Below, one piece after another: positions 39,954 through 48,449 of a stretch of 64,000 nt of DNA. A model generated the notes under the pieces. It ran no database searches. It was given only the letters and a program-made list of their open reading frames with translations, and was not told where the DNA came from. The DNA is from Candidatus Eiseniibacteriota bacterium (GTDB lineage: Bacteria > Eisenbacteria > RBG-16-71-46 > CAIMUX01 > VGJL01), in assembly GCA_041946735.1 (NCBI GenBank), contig JBHGAY010000010.1, forward strand, positions 64,001-128,000, given 5' to 3'. Position 1 is the first letter of the stretch. Every line of letters begins with the position of its first letter. Position numbers and translations under genes: made by a program.

Positions 39954-40430
39954 ATGCCGAAGAAGAAAGGGAAGAAGGACGAAGCCGCAATCCCGCAGAC
40001 GATCCTTCGGTCGGGCTCGCATGCGCAGCACATCTGGAAGAAGGCCCACGACAGTGCGGTGGAGACGTACGGCGAAGGACAGCGGTCTCACCGCGTCGCG
40101 TACGCGGCCCTCAAGCACGTCTACGAGAAGAAGGGGGATCGCTGGGTGAAGAAGGACGAAAAGGGTCCGTCCGATCCTCAGGCGCGTCGCGGCCCGACGA
40201 CATCCCCGAAGTCGACCGACGAGCCGGCGGCCCCGACGGCGGGCGGCAAGGTCGCGAGGAACGAGAAGGAGGCGCGCGCGAAGGCGCGAGAGGCGAGGCG
40301 CGAGACCGCCCAGGCGCGCAGGAAGCGCGCGCGAGGCGCGACGGCGGGCCGCAAGAAGAAGACCGCCGCGAAGTCGAAGAGCGCATCGAAGGCCTCTTCG
40401 AGGAAGCGGGAGACGGCCAGGTCGCGCTGA
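39954..40430 (+). CDS. ChaB family protein with basic tail
   Basis: HAQHIWKKAHDSAVETYGEGQRSHRVAYAALKHVYEKKGDRWVKK; AAGGAGG SD. Confidence 0.88.
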   Translation: MPKKKGKKDEAAIPQTILRSGSHAQHIWKKAHDSAVETYGEGQRSHRVAYAALKHVYEKKGDRWVKKDEKGPSDPQARRGPTTSPKSTDEPAAPTAGGKVARNEKEARAKAREARRETAQARRKRARGATAGRKKKTAAKSKSASKASSRKRETARSR

Positions 40431-40521
40431 GAGACATCCGCGGGCGACCGCGAGACAGCGGGCGGCCGGCAGGAGGGATCCTCCGCTCGGTCCGCGCGGT
40501 CCGCGGATCTCGTCAAACGAA

Positions 40522-40558
40522 GCGGCCCGATTCGGGATCTGCTCCCGAGTCGGGCCGT
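40522..40558. terminator. Hairpin between convergent genes
   Basis: gcggcccgattcggga-tctgc-tcccgagtcgggccgt. Confidence 0.65.
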
Positions 40559-40644
40559 CTGCTCTGCTCTCCGCTCTGCTCGCCTGAAGAAGCTCGAGCG
40601 ACTCTCGAGTTCCAGGCCCCAGCGCCGGCGATCGGCTCTCGCGT

Positions 40645-41544
40645 CTACCGTTCCGGCGAGCGCCCGCCGCGCCGGTAGCCCCGCTCGCTGCGGACGCCCC
40701 GGCTGCTGCTACCGCTGCCGCTGCTGCCGACGCCGCCGCCGCTGCCGACCGGGTAGACGTTCTCTCCCGGCAACCAGTACTTCTCGCGCGCGTAGTGCGC
40801 GTAGAGCCGGTCCTCGTAGTCCCGCGTCGGTGGAGCGGAGCGATCGTAGATGGGGGAAGAGGCGATCGTCTCCCGCTTCAGATCCACGTGCACGCGCTCG
40901 TCCGTCCAGCGGATCTCCTTGATCCAGGCGGGAGCGATCAGCACGTCGTGCCCCGAGAACCAGCCGCCGGTGTCGGCCACCAGGTAGCGGACGATCCACA
41001 TGTTCTCGTCGATCAGGAAGTCGCGCACGTGGCCGATCTCCCCGTCTTCCGCCTCGATCCGGTACCCGTCGACCTCCTTCGCGCCGCGCAAGTGAGGATC
41101 GCCTTTCTCCTCCTCCTCTTTCACGGATTCCCACATCGGAGGCTCCTTCTCGTCCGGGCGCTCCCCGCTCGCCACGCGATCCGGATAGAGACCGAGCGTG
41201 CGCGCGCTCGCGAGCGACGAGCCTCCCCAATAGAGGGGCCAGCCGTAGTACATGTGAAGGGCGATCTCGTGCTGCCGCTCGACCGGCCTGTCGGTGTCGA
41301 TGTCCGGCGCGTTGCGGATCTGCTCGCGCGTCAGCCGCGACGGCATCGCCTTCTCCCCGCTTCGCGGACGTTCGAAGGACGACGGGACGAGGAGAACCTT
41401 GCGACCCGGAAGCCAGCTTCCCGTGTCGACGACCAGATAGCGCACATCCCAAGTTGCATCATCGAAGTAGAGATCGTCGACGGACCCGATCTCGCCGTCA
41501 CGGGCCGCGATGTGGAAATGCTTGAGGTGCTCGAACGAGAGCAT
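40645..41544 (-). CDS. Tandem PRC-barrel domain protein
   Basis: Two repeats of DGEIGxVxD...D..W.VRYLV.DTG.W..G..VL; AAGGAGG SD. Confidence 0.9.
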   Translation of the reverse strand: MLSFEHLKHFHIAARDGEIGSVDDLYFDDATWDVRYLVVDTGSWLPGRKVLLVPSSFERPRSGEKAMPSRLTREQIRNAPDIDTDRPVERQHEIALHMYYGWPLYWGGSSLASARTLGLYPDRVASGERPDEKEPPMWESVKEEEEKGDPHLRGAKEVDGYRIEAEDGEIGHVRDFLIDENMWIVRYLVADTGGWFSGHDVLIAPAWIKEIRWTDERVHVDLKRETIASSPIYDRSAPPTRDYEDRLYAHYAREKYWLPGENVYPVGSGGGVGSSGSGSSSRGVRSERGYRRGGRSPER

Positions 41545-41754
41545 TGTGGGCCTCCTTCCGGTGAATCGTCTTGCGCGCCCCTCTCCCGCCTTCCCCTTCC
41601 ATTCCCTTCCTCTTCCTGTCCTCATCTCCTTCTTCCCATCGTAGGGCAGAGCATCGCCTCCGCTTCTCTCGCGCCGCGGACGATCGCATGCAGGCCTGGA
41701 AATGTGAGCCGCCGCCGGTTTCTTTTCCGGGTCGTGCAACATGAACTTTCTTGC

Positions 41755-41769
41755 CGGCATGAACCGTGC
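41755..41769 (+). promoter_or_regulatory. Putative sigma-54 promoter
   Basis: CGGCATGAACCGTGC = GG-N10-GC; similar to the 9443 site. Confidence 0.35.
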
Positions 41770-41965
41770 GTAATAATGTGGTGTGCGAAGGGTCGTGGTG
41801 GGGGCGGTGGTTCACTTTTCTGGGGGGAGGGCCCCGACGGGCCTTCCCCTCGGAATCCGGCAAAGCCGGCGCCCCGCCGGCTACGCCGACTTTCCTCGAA
41901 TCCAACGCCCGCGCAAGCTTCCTGGGAACGGTCTCGGAGGGCAGGGAACCGTTCGGGGGTCGATC

Positions 41966-42970
41966 ATGCGCGCTGCGTCTCGTGTTTCCTCGATTCTCCT
42001 CTTCGCCGCGACGCTCCTCTTCGCCGGGGTTCTCTCTGCGCAGCCTGCGCTAGACGGAGCGGGCGGAGACGCGCTCGCCTCCAATCCGCGACCTGGAGAT
42101 TCGCAGAGACCTGCCTCCGCCGACTCGATCGGCGATCCGCAGCCCGCCGTGTCGGCCGCGACGCAGGCCAATCCCGACTGGAACACGCTGCTCATGCGCT
42201 GCACCTTCAAGATCGAAGGGGATGGCGCCCAGAGGATCGTGTACGGCACGGCGTTCGTGCTTCGGGACCCGATCCCTGGAGATCCCACGGGATTCCGCAA
42301 CGTGCTCGTGACGGCCCGCCATGTGCTCGCCTCGATGGTCGGCAACGATGCGATTCTCTACATGCGCGCCGCCGGCCCCGCGGGATCGGAGATGAAGATC
42401 CGTCATCACGTGCCGATCCGTCGCGACGGGCAGCCGCTCTGGGTCGGACACCCGGATCCGAACGTCGACGTGGCGGCCCTCGTGATCCCGCTTCCTCTCG
42501 ACGCGGACGTCCCGATCGTCACGACTGACGCGCTGGCGACCGACGATGCGCTTGCAACGTTCGGCATCCATCCCGGAGACGAGCTGTTCTGCCTCGGCTA
42601 TCCGTACGGGACCGAGGCGAACGAGGCGGGCTATCCGATTCTTCGCAGCGGCAAGATCTCCTCGTACCCGATCGTGCCGACGAGCCGGTACGGCTCCTTT
42701 CTCTACGACTTCGCGGTGTACCCGGGGAACAGCGGGGGACCCGCCTATTTCGTTCAGTCCGACAGGGCGCTTCCGGACGGGACCCGTTCCACCCAGCCGA
42801 TCGCGTTCATCGCCGGAGTCGTCGTCGGCGAGCGCGTCAAGATCGAGGACGCGAAGACGTCCGGGGAATCCGAGGCGGTCTCGACCTTAGGCCTCGCTCG
42901 TGTCGTCCCATCTACGTTCGTCCGGGAAACGATTCGCAGACTCCTGCTTGGACGCGGCGAGCTGCGCTGA
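41966..42970 (+). CDS. Exported trypsin-like (S1) serine protease
   Basis: VTARHV, VDVA and PGNSGGP triad motifs; signal peptide. Confidence 0.88.
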   Translation: MRAASRVSSILLFAATLLFAGVLSAQPALDGAGGDALASNPRPGDSQRPASADSIGDPQPAVSAATQANPDWNTLLMRCTFKIEGDGAQRIVYGTAFVLRDPIPGDPTGFRNVLVTARHVLASMVGNDAILYMRAAGPAGSEMKIRHHVPIRRDGQPLWVGHPDPNVDVAALVIPLPLDADVPIVTTDALATDDALATFGIHPGDELFCLGYPYGTEANEAGYPILRSGKISSYPIVPTSRYGSFLYDFAVYPGNSGGPAYFVQSDRALPDGTRSTQPIAFIAGVVVGERVKIEDAKTSGESEAVSTLGLARVVPSTFVRETIRRLLLGRGELR

Positions 42971-43174
42971 GGCGTTCCGTGAGACGCTGACCTCCGCATC
43001 CAGGCCGGGCGGCCCGAACGCCGATTTCGGGAGGGGTGCCGGGACGGCGGGATCTGGCCAGCGAAGGGGGAACCTGATAGCCTGCCGTCAAGCGGGCCGG
43101 AACATCCCCCAGGGCCCGAGCGCGCGGCCGCGAGGCGGCCGCCATGGATTCCCACCCGACAGATAGGAGGCCCA

Positions 43175-44734
43175 TTGGGCTTCGACGATCCCTCCGAACA
43201 GCAGGGGAGAGAACCGGGACGGAGCAGCCGGATGCCGGACAGGCATCGAGACCGCCGTCGCCGCGCCCGGCCGACCACCGACAGGACCGAGGAAACCCAC
43301 CCTGGCAGCTCCGCCGAGCTGGAAGGACCGATGGTCGGCCCCATCGAACGCCGCGAAGGTCCGCGGGGCAACGGAGCCTCTGGCGCCGGTCGTGAGCATC
43401 CCCGGTCTCGCGCCCGGGCCCACGACCGGGAGCGAAACCGCGCGGGCGACCAGGAGCGCGACCGAGACCGCAACCGCTCCGCTGACCAGGACCGCGACCA
43501 CCGGGCGCGCGAGCAGGGCGGCGGCCGCAACCACCATGCCGGCCGCCAAGGAGGCCGTGAGCCGAATGCCGGCCGCCAAGCAGGCCGCGAGCCGAATGCC
43601 GGCCGCCAAGCAGGCCGCGAGTCGAATGCCGGTGGCCATCGCGAACGCGAGCAGCGAGGCGACCGCGGCCGGGACAGGGGTCGCGCCACCGGCGAGCCCG
43701 CCCGCGCTCCGCTGAACGCACGCCGGCATCGGCCCTCCGGCGGGAACGGCGTGGCCCCGGCCGCCGGGGACCGCGCCCACCGCGGATCGGGACGCCGCTC
43801 GTACGCGAGCGAACGCGGACCGGCGGCACGCGGGAGGGGAGGCGACCGGCGTGGAGCGCGACGCGACCTGGACGACCTCTTCCGCCAGCTGCAGCGAGGG
43901 ACCAGCGTCGACCCGCACGAGTGGCTCCGCCTGGAGACGGAGCCGGGCGCCATCTCGATGCGCGCGATGGACCTGATCGCTCCGATCGGCAAGGGGCAAC
44001 GCTGCCTGATCGTCGCTCCGCCGAAGGCGGGCAAGACCACCTTCCTGATGGACGTCGCTCATGCGATCGAGCGCAACCATCCGGAGGTCAGCGTCTACGC
44101 CTTGCTCGTCGACGAGCGGCCCGAGGAGGTGACGCATTTCCGGCGCGGCGTCCGCGCAGAGGTCTACGCCGCTTCGTCCGATCTTTCCGCGAAAGAGCAC
44201 GTCGAGAAGGCCGAGGAGGCGATGCGGGTCATTCTCGAACGGGTTCTCGCCGGGGAGGACGTCCTCCTCCTGCTCGATTCGATCACGCGTCTCGCGCGCG
44301 CCTACAACAACGTGGTCGAAGGGACCGGCCGCACCCTGACCGGAGGACTCGATGCGGGGACGATGCAGGCGCCGCGGCAGGTGTTCGGCGCCGCGCGCAA
44401 GATCGAGGAAGGCGGGAGCCTCACGATCCTCGGCACCGCGCTCATCGATACCGGCTCGCGTATGGACGAAGTGATCTTCCAGGAGTTCAAGGGGACGGGG
44501 AACACCGAGCTGGTCCTATCGCGCGAGCTGTTCGAGAGGCGGATCTTCCCCTGCATCGACATCGCGAAGAGCGGCAGCCGCAAAGAGGAGAAGCTCGTCG
44601 ATCCTCAGCTCCTCCCGAAGCTTCACCTGCTGCGCCGCGTTCTCGCCGGCAAGAAGGCCGACGAGGCGATGAACGGGCTGCTCGGGCTGTTGCAGCGATT
44701 CCCGACGAACCGGGAGCTGCTCCTCGGGATCTGA
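43175..44734 (+). CDS. rho: Transcription termination factor Rho, atypical (disordered N-terminus, no OB RNA-binding domain)
   Basis: PIGKGQR..IVAPPKAGKT, DERPEEVT, LDSITRLARAYN, FGAAR, TGSRMDEVIFQEFKGTGN, SGSRKEE; AGGAGG SD before TTG. Confidence 0.93.
   Translation: MGFDDPSEQQGREPGRSSRMPDRHRDRRRRARPTTDRTEETHPGSSAELEGPMVGPIERREGPRGNGASGAGREHPRSRARAHDRERNRAGDQERDRDRNRSADQDRDHRAREQGGGRNHHAGRQGGREPNAGRQAGREPNAGRQAGRESNAGGHREREQRGDRGRDRGRATGEPARAPLNARRHRPSGGNGVAPAAGDRAHRGSGRRSYASERGPAARGRGGDRRGARRDLDDLFRQLQRGTSVDPHEWLRLETEPGAISMRAMDLIAPIGKGQRCLIVAPPKAGKTTFLMDVAHAIERNHPEVSVYALLVDERPEEVTHFRRGVRAEVYAASSDLSAKEHVEKAEEAMRVILERVLAGEDVLLLLDSITRLARAYNNVVEGTGRTLTGGLDAGTMQAPRQVFGAARKIEEGGSLTILGTALIDTGSRMDEVIFQEFKGTGNTELVLSRELFERRIFPCIDIAKSGSRKEEKLVDPQLLPKLHLLRRVLAGKKADEAMNGLLGLLQRFPTNRELLLGI
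43536..43632 (+). repeat. ~3 x 30-bp in-frame repeat (NAGRQAGREP) in the Rho N-terminus
   Basis: atgccggccgccaagcaggccgcgagccga units. Confidence 0.9.
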
Positions 44735-44832
44735 GGATCGCCGGACGGGCGGATGGGCCAATCGGCCGACCGCCGGATAGACGGATCGCCGGATCGTGAC
44801 ATGACGAACCGCCGCTGTTCTCGGCCCCTCGC

Positions 44833-45888
44833 CTACGCGCAGATTCGGATCCGCCCGGTCCCCGCGCGCGACGCGACCCGTCCGATCTGCACCGCCGTCA
44901 GCACCCCCCGGTTGCGGAACGCCTGTGCGAGATCGGCCGCCTGCGCTTCGGCGACGGCGATCAGCAGCCCGCCCGAGGTCTGCGGATCGAAGAGCAGGTC
45001 GTCGAGCGCCTCGTCGATCCAAACGCTCCTCTCCAGGAACGGCTCGACGTAGCGACGGTTCGCGTTGAGGCCGCCCGGCTTGTGTCCCGCCTTGGCGTGG
45101 TCGAACGACCCCGGCAGCAGCGGGACGGAGGAGGCGTCGATCTCGGCATCGACTCGCGAGGCGCGAACGAGCTCGAGGAGGTGCCCGAGGAGTCCGAATC
45201 CGGTGACGTCGGTGCAGGCATGGACCCCCACGATCTGCATCGCTTCCGCGGCCGCGCGGTTCAGCTCCTTCATCGACGAAACGGCGCCGCGCAGGTAGTC
45301 CGGCTCGAGCTCCCCTCGCTTCAACGCAGTCGTCAGCACGCCGGTCCCGATCGGCTTGGTCAGGAACAGCGCGTCGCCCTCGACCGCGGCGGCGTTGGTG
45401 AGAACCCGATCCGGATGGATCGTTCCGGTGACCGAAAGGCCGTAGAAAAGCTCCGGCGCCTTGACCGAATGTCCGCCGACCAGCACGGCGCCCGCATCGT
45501 GGACGACATCGTGGCCGCCTCGCAGGATCGCGGCGAGCGTCTCCCAGGGAAGCTCTCCCTGCGGCCACCCGACGACGTTCATCGCCGTCCGGGGGATTCC
45601 TCCCATCGCGTAGACGTCGGAGAGCGAGTTGGCGGCCGAGATCGCGCCGAAGTCGTACGGGTCGTCGACGATCGGCGTGAAGTAGTCGACCGTCTGGATG
45701 AGGGCGATCTCGGGCGTGAGACGATAGACCCCGGCGTCATCGTGGGTCTCGGTTCCCACGAGCAGATCGGGATGTTCGTCCCTCGGAAGCGTGGCGAGCA
45801 CCTGCTCCAGGTCCCCCGGAGCGATCTTCGACGCTCACCCCGCGCAGGCGGCCATCTCGGTGAGCCGCTTGTGCTGCTCGGCGCTCAC
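44833..45888 (-). CDS. selD: Selenide, water dikinase (selenoprotein; Sec at codon 18)
   Basis: AGGAGG SD + GTG, then SAEQHKRLTEMAACAG-U-ASKIAPGDL; in-frame TGA at 45835-45837; DDAGVY, TVDYFTP, NSLSDVYAMGG, GGHS, TDVTGFGLLGH, DPQTSGGLL. Confidence 0.95.
45804..45822 (-). promoter_or_regulatory. Putative bacterial SECIS hairpin
   Basis: GCUCCGGG-GGA-CCUGGAGC stem-loop starting 12 nt after the UGA. Confidence 0.7.
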
Positions 45889-45928
45889 GCCTCCTCCTTC
45901 CTGTTCTTTGCGACGGACCGTCCGCTCG

Positions 45929-46000
45929 TATCGTACCCGTGAGACTTATCGTACCCGTGAGACCTATCGTACCCGTGAGACTTCTCGCACGCGTGCGACT
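45929..46000. repeat. 3 near-perfect + 1 degenerate 18-bp tandem repeat upstream of selD
   Basis: tatcgtacccgtgagact / tatcgtacccgtgagacc / tatcgtacccgtgagact / tctcgcacgcgtgcgact. Confidence 0.95.
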
Positions 46001-46059
46001 TCCGCCGGGGAGATCGCCCGCCCGACTCGCCTGACCTTACCAGCCGCTTCGACCCCTCC

Positions 46060-47298
46060 TCAACGGGGGGCCGATCCCTCCGTCTCCGTCCCTGCATCGC
46101 CGGGCCGCGGCTCGAGGAAGAACTGCTCGAGACGATCGAGCAGCTCCTGCACGTCCGGCTGGCTCGTGCGCTTCGAGAGCGAGGAGACGATCGTCGTCCG
46201 AGTGGCGGACCCGAGGCCGGTCAGGTAGAAGAACGCCGCCGCCCGCGCAATGCGGGCCTTCTCTTCCGAACGGAGCGGCTGCTCCGGGTCTCCCGAGGCG
46301 ACGTAGTTCAGGTCTTCCTGCACCTTGTCGAGGAGCCGCTGATGGATCGGCCGGTGGAACTCGGGATCGTAGGTGCCGCGGGAGGAGGCGCGCATGCGCA
46401 CCGGAATCTGGCAGCAGTTCCCGCAGTCCGGCTCGCCGGTCACTCCCACTTCGGCGATGTAGCGGCAATCGCGCAGATAGTCGACGGCGAGATCGAGGGT
46501 CGGCCGCGACGGCTCCTCCGGATTCGCTTCGACCTGCTGCAGGAGCACCTTGCCGAGGCGCACTCCATAGGCGAGCGAGGCGGGATCGAGGATCGCCGGC
46601 CCCCCTTCCTTCACAGGATTCAGCTCGATCAGGGCCAGGCTGGAGCATCCGAAGCCTGCGCAGGTGCAGAACCGGCTGAGCAGCACCTCGGGATTCCCGT
46701 CGTCGTCGAGGTCCAGGCCGCCGCTTCCATCCCGGATCGACAGACGGCAAGCGTTGGGCCACCTCCCCAGCTCGTCCTCGGCCATCTCCGATGGGACTGC
46801 CTGCACCTCGGGGCTCTTCGGGGGCAGCAGCGCCACCTCCGCATTCCCGGTCGGAAGGAGGACGGCGAGCGTCGTCGTATCGCGCCCCGAGACTCGCTGG
46901 ATCCGCGCGCGCGGAAGGGCGACCGCCGTTTCCCTCTCCTCGCCCCGGATCGTCCCGAGCGGCCGCGTCTCGATCACGATCCGCCATGAAGCCGCGCTCC
47001 CCGCGCCACCGGGAATCGCCGCCTGTTCCTGGAAGCGCCAGCTTCCCGGTCCGGGGATCCATTCGGCGGGACGGGGCAAAGCCCGCGCCGAGTCCGGAGC
47101 GCCGGGAGCCGGCTGCGAAGCCTCGCCGGCCGCTGACGAGGCCGCCGCTGCACCAGGCTGCGCGCCGGCCCCGCCGGCGGCGCGGGCGCCGCCGTGAGGA
47201 TTGGCGAGCGTGGCGAACATGGGGAGTATCGCGAGGAGAAGCGCCGCGACCATCGCGACGCGCGCGAACGAGGAGGTGAGCTTTCGTGGCACGGGCAT
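46060..47298 (-). CDS. Hypothetical exported Cys-rich protein
   Basis: Signal peptide, A/P linker, DLDDDGNPE, FCTCAGFGC, DCGNCC. Confidence 0.75.
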   Translation of the reverse strand: MPVPRKLTSSFARVAMVAALLLAILPMFATLANPHGGARAAGGAGAQPGAAAASSAAGEASQPAPGAPDSARALPRPAEWIPGPGSWRFQEQAAIPGGAGSAASWRIVIETRPLGTIRGEERETAVALPRARIQRVSGRDTTTLAVLLPTGNAEVALLPPKSPEVQAVPSEMAEDELGRWPNACRLSIRDGSGGLDLDDDGNPEVLLSRFCTCAGFGCSSLALIELNPVKEGGPAILDPASLAYGVRLGKVLLQQVEANPEEPSRPTLDLAVDYLRDCRYIAEVGVTGEPDCGNCCQIPVRMRASSRGTYDPEFHRPIHQRLLDKVQEDLNYVASGDPEQPLRSEEKARIARAAAFFYLTGLGSATRTTIVSSLSKRTSQPDVQELLDRLEQFFLEPRPGDAGTETEGSAPR

Positions 47299-47474
47299 GC
47301 TCCATCTTGGGCGCGTGCGCAGCGGCGGTCAACCTCCGCCCCCAGGACGGCGAGACGCACGCTCTCGCACACTCGTGACCTCGATCCCGCCCTCCGATTC
47401 CACTCTGGCGACAGGACGGCCCGGAAGGCAAAATCCCGAGACGGCCACCGCGCCGGGAGGAAAGGATCGGATCG

Positions 47475-48449
47475 ATGTCCTCACTCGGGATTCTCTCGCG
47501 AGCCACCGCCGCCTGCGATCCGGCGATCCTCGGCGGGCTCGCCGCCGTCGTCGATCGCGCCGCCTTTCGATCGTCGGCGCGGCGGGCGGACATCTGGCGC
47601 GCCAATCTCGAATGGCTCGCGATCCCGCCGCCCGCGGCCGATCCGGGCGCGCCACGCCACGCTCGCCCGCCGCGCCTGCTGGCGAACCATCTGAGCATGC
47701 ACGCCGAGACCCTGGCGATGCTCGCGGGACGGCGATTCGACCTCGCGATCGCGGGGGAGGAGCACCTCCGAAGGGCGCTCGAGATCGCCGCGACCGGGAA
47801 TGGTGCCGGGACCGCGAGTCGGGCCGCCACCGGGAATGACGCCGGGACCGCGAATCGGGCCGCGACCGGGAGCCGGACCGGAGACGTGCACGGGGACGCG
47901 GCGCGCGGCGGCCTCGTGTTGGCCACCGCCCACGTCGGGAACTGGAACCTCGGAGCTCTCCTCGTCGCGGAGATCGCCGGCCGGCCGGTCCATTCCGTGG
48001 CCGGCGTGCAGATCCTTCCCGCGTGGACCGCTCCGCTTCGCCGCGCCTACCGGCGTCTCGGGATCCGCGTGCATCCCGGAGGGACCGACGCTCGCCGGCT
48101 GCTCGCGATCCTGCGCCGGGGCGGCATCGTCGGCCTCCACCTCGACGGCGACCAGCACCGAGGGCCGTCGCTCGCTTCGCGTGGCGTGGCGCTCCTCGCG
48201 CTGCGCTCGCGCTCCCCGATCCTGCCGGGAGTCTGCCATCGCCTCCCGCGCGGCCGCTTCCTCGCGCGCTTCCTGCCGCCGATCGTGCCGGCTCGGCCCG
48301 GCGAGCGGCCGGACCTCGATGGCCTGCAACGGAGGATCGAGGAGGCGTTCCGCGCAATCGTCGCCTCCGCCCCGGAGCAGTGGATCCTTTTCCGTCCCCT
48401 CGGACCGCCGCCCGCAGCGCCGGCGCCGGAACGCTCATGCGCGTCCTGA
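47475..48449 (+). CDS. LpxL/PatA-family lipid acyltransferase
   Basis: GEEHL...GGLVLATAHVGNWN, LRRGGIVGLHLDGD, PEQW; AAAGGA SD; 36-bp repeat insertion at 47787-47871. Confidence 0.8.
   Translation: MSSLGILSRATAACDPAILGGLAAVVDRAAFRSSARRADIWRANLEWLAIPPPAADPGAPRHARPPRLLANHLSMHAETLAMLAGRRFDLAIAGEEHLRRALEIAATGNGAGTASRAATGNDAGTANRAATGSRTGDVHGDAARGGLVLATAHVGNWNLGALLVAEIAGRPVHSVAGVQILPAWTAPLRRAYRRLGIRVHPGGTDARRLLAILRRGGIVGLHLDGDQHRGPSLASRGVALLALRSRSPILPGVCHRLPRGRFLARFLPPIVPARPGERPDLDGLQRRIEEAFRAIVASAPEQWILFRPLGPPPAAPAPERSCAS

Noticed and set aside
43175..43900. Frameshifted Rho RNA-binding domain in another frame
   Set aside because: Alternative-frame translations show only low-complexity sequence and no OB motifs
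44833..45888. selD pseudogene
   Set aside because: The TGA falls exactly at the catalytic Cys/Sec position with a SECIS-like hairpin, and the rest of the gene is intact
45929..46000. CRISPR or plasmid iterons
   Set aside because: Contiguous units without spacers; no rep gene or AT-rich origin nearby
45889..46060. tRNA-Sec (selC) next to selD
   Set aside because: No cloverleaf with a UCA anticodon and T-loop found on either strand
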